Positions 20,501 to 26,498 of a stretch of 64,000 bases of DNA are shown one piece after another. A program made the position numbers and the translations under genes. The notes under the pieces were generated by a model that saw nothing but the letters and a program-made list of their open reading frames with translations, searched no databases and was not told the DNA's origin. This DNA is from a virus (lineage: Duplodnaviria > Caudoviricetes). Positions within the stretch are counted from its first letter, which is position 1. Each line of letters opens with the position of its first letter. The stretch is from positions 3,646-67,645 of IMG/VR virus record IMGVR_UViG_3300020374_000579, one strand, 5' to 3'.

Positions 20501-21586
20501 TTCTTCTTCATATCCGTATATATCTGACAGTTCTTCAGCACCCTCTTCTTCAAATCTTTCATCACCAAATTCTCTTCTAAGCACATCTTCTCTGTAATCA
20601 TCCCAATCTGCTTGTTCTATGCCTTCATTTTCTATAAATTCATTGATATAATCTTCGTCATCTTCACGTTGAGTAACATACTCATCAATAGCACCATCCA
20701 TGTATTCATCTACTTTGTATTCATATATCCAGTCTGTAAAATTCTCTGCTATACTGTCCCAATCAACTCCACCATATTGGTCATCTATTTCACTCAGTGA
20801 TAAATTATCAACATCATCACTTTCGCCTTCTATGTTTTCCCAAACAGTTTCTGCCTCCCAACCACAACGTATTTGTGCATCAAGAGAACTGTTTATGATT
20901 TCTTTTCTATTAAAGTTTATTTCAAATAATTCTTCATGTGCTTCTTTTAAACTTAATCTTGCAAGTTGTTTTACTTTTCTTTTTTCTTGTTTAACTTTTG
21001 GCTTTAATTTGTTTAATGCTTTTCTATGTACTTTTTTAGCAATCTTGCCTTCTGCTAAATCAGGATCAACTGAAGCAACTAAGTTTGCCATTTTGTTTGC
21101 AATACCTTGACCTTTTGCAAAATTACCTTTTGTTTTACTAATTATTCCTGGACCACTAGGCATATTTTGCATTTGCTCTGCATCTTCTGGGTCATATGCA
21201 TCTACATTTTTATTTTGGTCAATGATTTCGTATTCTCCATCTTCGTCTTGTACTACCATTGCATCTGGTATATCACCATCGCCTACTGGAGATACTACTG
21301 TTTTGTTTTTATCGTCTTGTCCTACAACTACTGCACCTTTTTCTATGTCTCTAGCATTTTTTTGTTTTGGTTCAGGCATTTCAGGTTTTTCTTCTGGTGC
21401 TTTTTGTCCAAGTGTTGGACTACCAGCATCTGGTTTTTTAGCCTGTTGTGTTGTAGAAGGACTGTTTACTTTGTTTGCTTTTGCACCAGCACCTGTTTGT
21501 TGTTGAGATGTGGGTGTGCTGGCACCAGGTTTCATACCATATTCTAAAAGGATGCTTTCTAATGTTTTAACATCTTTAAACTTCAT
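14555..21586 (-). CDS. 2343-aa multidomain protein: amidoligase (COOH-NH2 ligase type 2-like) plus C-terminal restriction-endonuclease-like domain
   Basis: CGWEAE, VESDSSI, GAEIISP, TGLHVT, KFRAIHF, IEFRIAGG; C-terminal YFGE...PLVDSYF...GISSK; leader MKFKDVKTLESILLE. Confidence 0.7.
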   Translation of the reverse strand: MKFKDVKTLESILLEYGMKPGASTPTSQQQTGAGAKANKVNSPSTTQQAKKPDAGSPTLGQKAPEEKPEMPEPKQKNARDIEKGAVVVGQDDKNKTVVSPVGDGDIPDAMVVQDEDGEYEIIDQNKNVDAYDPEDAEQMQNMPSGPGIISKTKGNFAKGQGIANKMANLVASVDPDLAEGKIAKKVHRKALNKLKPKVKQEKRKVKQLARLSLKEAHEELFEINFNRKEIINSSLDAQIRCGWEAETVWENIEGESDDVDNLSLSEIDDQYGGVDWDSIAENFTDWIYEYKVDEYMDGAIDEYVTQREDDEDYINEFIENEGIEQADWDDYREDVLRREFGDERFEEEGAEELSDIYGYEEENWAREYVDEFRGQDFRDYLEELAKEDDDVRQAAYEEASESYDYDDWINDQYYSMSSFCDDYGIDYSVGSNLGEVADIVSNWMENNSAFTDTSVDYGDYGNTDGSTTNYAVESDSSIDGYGTGAEIISPVFSTPRRMLTEMKKFFTMLEDKGALTNNSTGLHVTMSYNPQEGEIVNHDPGSSIVKANRVKMAVLLGDQYLLNEFMRKANTYTKSQYKELQKAIGQLKQKTGSEGIKIAEKFLEQHISDDKFRAIHFKGQTDSKTNTKLIEFRIAGGEDYERDFDKVFKATVRYATTMIAGHTNQYEGDYVKALSRLLNKASEVAAGDESEVEDLKGRYEDIASDPVLDSTKAIISSNKYLDFTKQMLRAMEQLKLAKTYLDPEADLKWKKQWMKYVNNTDASLDDFDSSLKRDLDSIKGEKIKEEEKSENDRSIKAYFKPDMQKPSSRASQEKLQGLKDLSEALGMLAVDVAQGVARQQPNAKSIGALRTFLKKYEISYKDLDENLKISIDDIAFGDNVKGSGAGKLTPQVRMEIIRKGIEKLLSKDIISRPDYISAPQVESLVKGIWNVMNSKQFNPTVLKELTTLGINLRIGKDSNIDKTEVIEDTKRLFKDASGKRQFNDFYNGLTTSTYNSGTYFVQPGMVFDKESFNNMVSFVKQFDSYNEPVNRNHNPNIYGDDSYEDVSLSNYTMLLRRRFLFLENQFETDKSKAIKSLKLMVPMFEKFFNTNKIGLDRDGRDAYDKPDWEEIIGIERDEVQDLPNMSDKEKEDLYDLLGERDGAPYLGIEPYKYERIQGTLDDIIKNTTDERTINNMQDFITDSIRESLGAYYRNKERYPGYFKFPEVKTIIAQRFKGLSEFMRGLDKIFVQNGFDSQDNSIKRKQQLSKDRENFEKKIRSKSYATINIPAHSITFMKKNYYDELDLQRTATSDVKIADPGETMLKDMINGAENVNKGSRPGIFFVVPAAHWGPLNDAVGGSEIIAIYQKVGNMSQNWRIKNYGKLFEKFASVYGIDYKTLDNKDKYVQIDGTDRTKLSKMFRIEFTGKLDGRAGMGDVEELIPSEELKNPFSGEPLNSTSGITWTLRDDNDQKAYAAYDFKKYHGAEAGKIKQMVDDLMNKDDSVSFYSAIQKVMEQTPKGVRAIENKKIIKAAGVEHMEREASNTIQGAANWPNLADFFKIERGVDNQGPNILEKVSRTFDGDHNWRPEPDPTVCCVERWVASVKTAVEYIKTNYTVSGGNYFRQNADGSLGDDVGELYGDGGRAMPDGARSRMDRAEVTRGRDPSDDITTQDYDAVRDEYQRFDWLMQNGIQNYMLQPDVNRLVGFLKNPDNEENFKQTVLQVLIRDNQEGKEPNDFQGALARGRQELQGGANESVFAKFDALPLQEQLAILSESKVLERPLSKDEKKDKEKYVKGMKKSKKDFEKRYGKDAEAVMYATATNMAKEDLDESVPTIKTTKILNDLLADHFPVGDLKKQMLAFQAIPIPAMLDAFRDLRGEAGDEACARGIVRHFINALPKEQQDKIDLNEWSKSKVRSLIESKGIMGRVLGDTFLKGDDRLEFQSVNLYPTDEMEFDSPEQRDDFVQQLEQELNSQIDWTNVPNKGSLAFGVAVLTDPALDDKITYWGRYFKQKTADMMGKWGNSQVPSGWKLQTAGAMKLDIGIDPQHLIKTDDPFNGVIDVIQAVKTNSTDNELSETLVNALETIHTQEHPVFPGQISNLPALRDYFGEIMGPVALMSDMVGGQAEDARRDLLRGIPWSSCSIFWPMAMNAPLVDSYFTAPDGTRVGISSKGGKGAKASVKNIQDAILKAPEELKAQFPVTVNVINIVQSNSAKDGPFRLAELYKILPQGLEQEINGYIQEGKQDYAGLSPACTELFNYGTPRQDVPGFNTGYAMLALLAKKVTRAINQSGPEFGQGCVAFLNQSSIVQLYCKMGKQGNDARVTGWEAVYPPNFQGTVEIDGSKNYYSSRIGGKFAFGFK

Positions 21587-21588
21587 TT

Positions 21589-21885
21589 TTATCTTCGCTT
21601 ACTAGTACTTCTATTAAGTTGTCTTAGACGTCTACTTGCAGGATTCAACCTTTTTGTTCTGTTTGCTTTTCTGCTAAGACGTTTACCCATTTTTGCTTTT
21701 GTTCTTTTCAACGTCATACGTTTTTTCATATTGATAGGCGCAGAACATTGTGCTGGGTTACTCACAACTCTGCCTTTACGTCTTCCGGTTGTACACCTTA
21801 CAGCACGTTTAATTTTCTTGCCCATTTTACGCCAAACCATACGGGCTTCAAAAATTTCTTCTTCAACTATCTCATTTAGTCTCAT
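21589..21885 (-). CDS. Very basic (protamine-like) protein with capsid-targeting-like leader
   Basis: MRLNEIVEEEIFE/A followed by R/K-dominated sequence. Confidence 0.75.
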   Translation of the reverse strand: MRLNEIVEEEIFEARMVWRKMGKKIKRAVRCTTGRRKGRVVSNPAQCSAPINMKKRMTLKRTKAKMGKRLSRKANRTKRLNPASRRLRQLNRSTSKRR

Positions 21886-21888
21886 ATT

Positions 21889-22329
21889 TTACCATTTCCT
21901 ACATGACCAATAACGTGCTTTTGTTTTTGGTCCTGGGTTTTCACAATTATGTCTTGCTCTAAAACTTTTACGTCTTGCTGGATTAGACTTTTTAATTCTC
22001 ATGTTAGGATCACCAAAATTTACTTTTTTAGTATTACCTGTTTTAGGATCTTTAACATATACCTTGAACTTCTTAACATCACCTTGCATAGGTTTATTAA
22101 GTTTTACTTTACGTCCTTGATATTCTGCTTCAAACATACCCTCTTCATCGTATGCAAGATATCCAAATTCTTCATGAAAGTCTTGATTGTCTTCTAGTGT
22201 AATAGATTCACCGACTAGTTTTCCTCTAAAAGGATGTGGACTTTCATTACCCATATTAGGTTTTATTTTTTTAGGTTTTTTTGTGTTTGCCTTTACCTGG
22301 TCGGCTTCAAATATTTCACTTAATTTCAT
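21889..22329 (-). CDS. Putative head-internal protein; C-terminal module recalls DUF6321
   Basis: MKLSEIFE/A leader; KVNFGDPNM...SFRARHNC...ARYWSCRKW. Confidence 0.65.
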   Translation of the reverse strand: MKLSEIFEADQVKANTKKPKKIKPNMGNESPHPFRGKLVGESITLEDNQDFHEEFGYLAYDEEGMFEAEYQGRKVKLNKPMQGDVKKFKVYVKDPKTGNTKKVNFGDPNMRIKKSNPARRKSFRARHNCENPGPKTKARYWSCRKW

Positions 22330-22331
22330 TT

Positions 22332-22586
22332 TTAACTTCCAAATACGTTTACTAGTAAACTAACTACTATTGCAATCAGTGTGGTAAAACTTGTACCCAC
22401 TATTGCAACAAGCCAATTTTCCATTTTGTTTAGTCTGTGCTTTGTATCTTCTTTGAATTCTCTCAATTCTGTAGTAATGCTTTCAATACGAAGCATATCC
22501 GCTATGATGTGTGCTTCTAGATTATTGGAATCTGCATAAACTTGTTTTTGCTGTTCCAACTTTTGTTCTGGTTTTGGTTCTTTCAT
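22332..22586 (-). CDS. Small coiled-coil protein with C-terminal TM helix (holin/XhlA-like)
   Basis: 84 aa; hydrophobic WLVAIVGTSFTTLIAIVVSLLVNVF. Confidence 0.5.
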   Translation of the reverse strand: MKEPKPEQKLEQQKQVYADSNNLEAHIIADMLRIESITTELREFKEDTKHRLNKMENWLVAIVGTSFTTLIAIVVSLLVNVFGS

Positions 22587-22990
22587 TATAATAGATCCTG
22601 TTTAGTAAATTCGGTGTTCACAGTATTTTTTGTATCTATAACACCGCCGTTAAGCACAATTCCATGTAACTCATCTTTTAAAGAGTCTACACTATGAGCA
22701 CCTGGTATTTCAGTTGCAAACTTAAAAATATATCCTGCACCTGTTAATGTTGGTGCACCATAATTTTGTAGCAAGTTTGAACCTCCTCCATTTAATTCTA
22801 CTGGATTATTCATCACAGTAGGCATTGCTCTTAATCCTATACATTGAACTACACTTTCAAAATCTTTTTGACTATTGTCATTGTAGTCGCCTGTAACTGT
22901 TATGTTTAAAGTAGTAAACAAGGTAAAAAATTCTATGTTACCTGTTAGTACTTCTATAGAGCCCATTGCTCCACTTCTTGTTAGACTCAT
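22586..22990 (-). CDS. Putative small virion structural protein
   Basis: 134 aa, AGGAGA SD, late promoter at 23011-23019. Confidence 0.65.
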   Translation of the reverse strand: MSLTRSGAMGSIEVLTGNIEFFTLFTTLNITVTGDYNDNSQKDFESVVQCIGLRAMPTVMNNPVELNGGGSNLLQNYGAPTLTGAGYIFKFATEIPGAHSVDSLKDELHGIVLNGGVIDTKNTVNTEFTKQDLL

Positions 22991-23040
22991 TGTGTCTCCT
23001 GTGTATAACTGTATTTATCACTTTATGCTTTTGTACAGTC

Positions 23041-23071
23041 AAAAAAAATCCCCACACAAGGTGGGGATTTT
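23041..23071 (-). terminator. Rho-independent terminator
   Basis: 11-bp stem AAAATCCCCAC/GTGGGGATTTT, 5-nt loop, run of 8 U on the minus strand. Confidence 0.88.
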
Positions 23072-23091
23072 AAAAGTTAATTACTTTTAGG

Positions 23092-23424
23092 TTACACTAC
23101 TCTGTATTCTCCAGCAGTCACAGTTGCGTTTGCACCGTTTCCTGTTAGCATTGGTTGAATAGCCGCTAATAATCTAGCCGCGGTAGGGGAACCTTCAACA
23201 CCAACGTGCATTACTGTAGCAGAAATGCTGTTGATTAGTACTGGAGTACAAATTGTTGATAAGCCTTGAACAACTAATTCACCTTTCTGTGCATTACCAC
23301 TTGAAAAACCGAATTGGCTGATATTGTCAGTACCATCTACTTCATCAATAATGAAGTGACTTAAAGTACCAACCATAAGTTGACTGTTATCAAGAACTGC
23401 ACCATTTACTCTTGTTTGTGCCAT
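23092..23424 (-). CDS. Putative abundant small virion (capsid decoration-like) protein
   Basis: 110 aa; own TATAAATA promoter, strong SD and own terminator. Confidence 0.6.
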   Translation of the reverse strand: MAQTRVNGAVLDNSQLMVGTLSHFIIDEVDGTDNISQFGFSSGNAQKGELVVQGLSTICTPVLINSISATVMHVGVEGSPTAARLLAAIQPMLTGNGANATVTAGEYRVV

Positions 23425-23447
23425 GATAGTCTCCTACTGTATCATTT

Positions 23448-23511
23448 GCATATTCGTGGTCTCTAAACCACCACCGTTTTAAAGAATATGCTTTGGATAA
23501 TAGTATTTATA
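23448..23511 (-). promoter_or_regulatory. Late promoter TATAAATAC (23503-23511) and structured 5' leader
   Basis: Stems GCATATTC/GAATATGC and GTGGT/ACCAC. Confidence 0.7.
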
Positions 23512-23538
23512 TAAGATTGATAGAAATTTAAAAAGGAC

Positions 23539-24144
23539 TTAAACTGTTATGCTTCTGTTTTTTCCAGTAGGTTTAGTTAAGTCTGAGAATTTGTTGCCTA
23601 ATTCACCTGCAATGTCTTGTCCTCTGCCTATTGCGTCTAATGTATCACCTGCTTTGAAGTTGTATGCAAATTTGGCTGTGTCTATGCCTTTTTTGATTGC
23701 GTTTTGTACTGCTCCAATACCACCACCTGGAGTATATTTTCTAGCATTTTGATTACCTAGTTGAGCACCACGTTTTCTAGCATTTTGATTGCCTAGAGGA
23801 GCACCTTGTTTATTACCACCTTGATTGTTGCCTCCAGCACTAGCAAAAGAACGTTCTTTATTAACTTCTACTTCTGCTTTATCTGGATTATCTTGATAAT
23901 ACTTTACTGCTTTGTCAACAGCATTACCCACAGATACTTGATTGCTTTTAAAGTATTCTGTTTTTGCCTGTTGAATTGTTGCTGTAAAAGGTATATTAAA
24001 GTATTCAGTTTGTCTTGGGCCGCCTGGATATGTAAAAATTTTATCTGTTAATTCTTCTTTTGCCTTAACATCTAATTCTCTCATAGACAGTTTTGGACGA
24101 ACTTGTGGTTTTTCATCCTCTAAAATAATATCTTTAATACGCAT
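23539..24144 (-). CDS. Hypothetical protein with capsid-targeting-like leader
   Basis: MRIKDIILE/D; G/N/Q-rich middle; TATAAATA 5 nt before ATG. Confidence 0.75.
   Translation of the reverse strand: MRIKDIILEDEKPQVRPKLSMRELDVKAKEELTDKIFTYPGGPRQTEYFNIPFTATIQQAKTEYFKSNQVSVGNAVDKAVKYYQDNPDKAEVEVNKERSFASAGGNNQGGNKQGAPLGNQNARKRGAQLGNQNARKYTPGGGIGAVQNAIKKGIDTAKFAYNFKAGDTLDAIGRGQDIAGELGNKFSDLTKPTGKNRSITV
23737..23808 (-). repeat. Two-copy 36-bp in-frame tandem repeat (GAPLGNQNARK / GAQLGNQNARK)
   Basis: Units 23737-23772 and 23773-23808. Confidence 0.9.
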
Positions 24145-24152
24145 AACTGTAT

Positions 24153-25226
24153 TTATACCTTTTTACGACCACTTGCCCAGTAGCCTGCAATAGCACCTAT
24201 ACCAGCACCAGTTTTACTACCTAACTTATTTTTTGTAAGTTTAGGCACAATTTTACTACCCACATAAGCACCACCAACTGTAGCGGCGGCTCTTTTTAAT
24301 GCACTAGTAGGTTTTTCTTTGTTTACATTATCATATCTTCTTGTGGTTTTCATAGCCATCAAGTGTTGGAATACTTCTGCACCTTTGCCTTTTAATCTAA
24401 TACGTTGCACTAGTTTAGATACTATGTATTGTTTTTGACTGTACTTCAATTGAGGCCAATCCAAAATTAAACGTCTTAACTGTTTGAATTGTGCATCTTT
24501 AATTTGTAATTGTTGTTCTAATCTTATCAAATAAGAACTTGCATCACTTCTGCTAGGAGTATATCTAGCAATTTTATTCATAAACATGTAATGCTGTCTG
24601 TTGTTAAAATTAAGTTTATCTAATACTTTTCTTTCTTTGTTTTTTAATTTTAATGACTTGTAATTAGGATTATCAACAGCAAATGCCAGCATGTATATAT
24701 CAGTTGCACTTGTTCTAAAGGCGGCATAAGGACCATATTGTGTTGTTTTTCTTGCGTATGCTGTACCATAATCTTGTTGTTTACTGTCTAAGGCAAACAT
24801 ATAAACTGCAAGTGTTTCTAAATATAATAAGTCTGCAATGTCTCTTCCAGTTAGTCTATTGTAACTAGCAGTGAATCTAAACAATCTACTTTCACTGATT
24901 TCAGAATCTATTAATTGATACATTTCTGTTTTAACATTTTCTTCAACTTTATAAATGCTGTACAACACAGGATTTCCATCTATGCCTAAGTCATCATATG
25001 AATGTCCACGTTGTATAGGTTTTGCTTCTTGGCGTTCATCAAAATCTCTATAAACATCTTGATAAATTTTGTGTATTTGGTCATCATCGTGCCCATAGTT
25101 ACATTGGTCAGAAAAACCTTCGTAATGAATAACAAACTTACCCATGTCTGTGTCCACAGTATCTTTGCCAACATCATCTGGAGTAAGGCTTCTTATGAAA
25201 CTTTGTACTTCTCTTGGTATGTTCAT
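24153..25226 (-). CDS. Hypothetical protein, probable virion protein
   Basis: 357 aa; C-terminal glycine-zipper-like GGAYVG...GAGIGAIAG. Confidence 0.75.
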   Translation of the reverse strand: MNIPREVQSFIRSLTPDDVGKDTVDTDMGKFVIHYEGFSDQCNYGHDDDQIHKIYQDVYRDFDERQEAKPIQRGHSYDDLGIDGNPVLYSIYKVEENVKTEMYQLIDSEISESRLFRFTASYNRLTGRDIADLLYLETLAVYMFALDSKQQDYGTAYARKTTQYGPYAAFRTSATDIYMLAFAVDNPNYKSLKLKNKERKVLDKLNFNNRQHYMFMNKIARYTPSRSDASSYLIRLEQQLQIKDAQFKQLRRLILDWPQLKYSQKQYIVSKLVQRIRLKGKGAEVFQHLMAMKTTRRYDNVNKEKPTSALKRAAATVGGAYVGSKIVPKLTKNKLGSKTGAGIGAIAGYWASGRKKV

Positions 25227-26497
25227 GTTGTTGGTTTTCCTGTATCAAAATTTAATCTGCTAAATTCTAATCTGTCTACTATTTTTAAAGCATTACCCAT
25301 TCTGTCCACAGCAACAAAACCTTCCTCGCCTGTTACTTCAAAACCTTTTTCTGATTGTACAAATGTGTCCATAACTCTAATTTGTTCTAGTTTTCTCACA
25401 ATTTTTACTTTTGCTTCTATAATTTTTAAATATAAATCATAAACACTTACAATACTAGGTATATGTTCTCTGATAAATTTTACACCTTGGATCATTAGGT
25501 CTGTTTTAGCATCTATAGTTTTTTGTGTTTTAACTTTGTCTATTTCTTTAGTCATAAAATCTATATACTTTTGTATAAAATCTTTGGCAAATTTAGTTGG
25601 ATCTTGTTCAAGGGCACCGGCTCTAATACTATTATTTACATGTGCTTTTAGTTGTTGTAAAAAATTTTTTCCTACTAAATCTGTTCCTTGTTGTAGCCAT
25701 GCAAATGTTTCACCATCTACACTTTTTAAATATTCGTCAGCAACACTAATAGCCTGCATGATGTCTGCACTTTCTTCTGCTGTAAATGTTACAGTACCAC
25801 TAAGGTCTTTGATAATTGCATCTCTGTGCCAAACACCTGTTGCTTTACCTAACACACTACTGTCGAATCCAAACTTTGCAGTAGTATCTGCCAGTGTTGG
25901 GCCGCCAACATATTCTGTATGCCACACAATACCAAAATCACTCTTTGCTATGTCTTTTGCAAGTTGGCTTTTAGTAGGTACTGCATAAGTTAATGTGTTT
26001 GGTGTAAATGTTAAATAATCTTCACCATCTATGCTTTGTCTTTTTAATGTGTCTTTTGCAAATAAAAAATCACCTTGTGCTACAGTGGACCATTTTAGTT
26101 TACTTAACATGTTCAATGCTAACTTTAATTTGTCTTGTAATCCTTCTGCAGGGTGGTTTGCTTCTATATCTTTGGTGGTAAAATTAATTTTAGGTTTTCT
26201 TGCAAACACACCTTTGGTGCCTACAAAGAACTTTCCAGTTTCAGGATCTTTGCCTGCCACAATGGCTGGAGCACCGTCCCATTTTGTTGTCATTGATACT
26301 GGAGAGTTTGTACTGCCGTCTAACATTTCATGTAGACTGTACAAATAGTTTATTGCTTCTTTGGCACCGTCATATCCTTTATTGAATATGTTATCTTCTA
26401 AATGCTCTAAATGAGTATTCTTGCCTTCTGCTTCTGCAATAGCACTTTCTGTTAATATACTAGTAACAAGAGGTTTTGTGAACTCTTGGAACTTCAT
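25223..26497 (-). CDS. ATP-dependent ligase-fold nucleotidyltransferase (RNA ligase-like; recalls DUF6267)
   Basis: Motif I TKWDG, III AQGDF, IV EEGFVAV, V LKIV; leader MKFQEFTKPLVTSILTE. Confidence 0.7.
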   Translation of the reverse strand: MKFQEFTKPLVTSILTESAIAEAEGKNTHLEHLEDNIFNKGYDGAKEAINYLYSLHEMLDGSTNSPVSMTTKWDGAPAIVAGKDPETGKFFVGTKGVFARKPKINFTTKDIEANHPAEGLQDKLKLALNMLSKLKWSTVAQGDFLFAKDTLKRQSIDGEDYLTFTPNTLTYAVPTKSQLAKDIAKSDFGIVWHTEYVGGPTLADTTAKFGFDSSVLGKATGVWHRDAIIKDLSGTVTFTAEESADIMQAISVADEYLKSVDGETFAWLQQGTDLVGKNFLQQLKAHVNNSIRAGALEQDPTKFAKDFIQKYIDFMTKEIDKVKTQKTIDAKTDLMIQGVKFIREHIPSIVSVYDLYLKIIEAKVKIVRKLEQIRVMDTFVQSEKGFEVTGEEGFVAVDRMGNALKIVDRLEFSRLNFDTGKPTT

Positions 26498-26498
26498 A

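Noticed and set aside
23737-23808. CRISPR-like repeat
   Set aside because: Two directly adjacent in-frame copies with no spacer; no array or cas genes anywhere in the window
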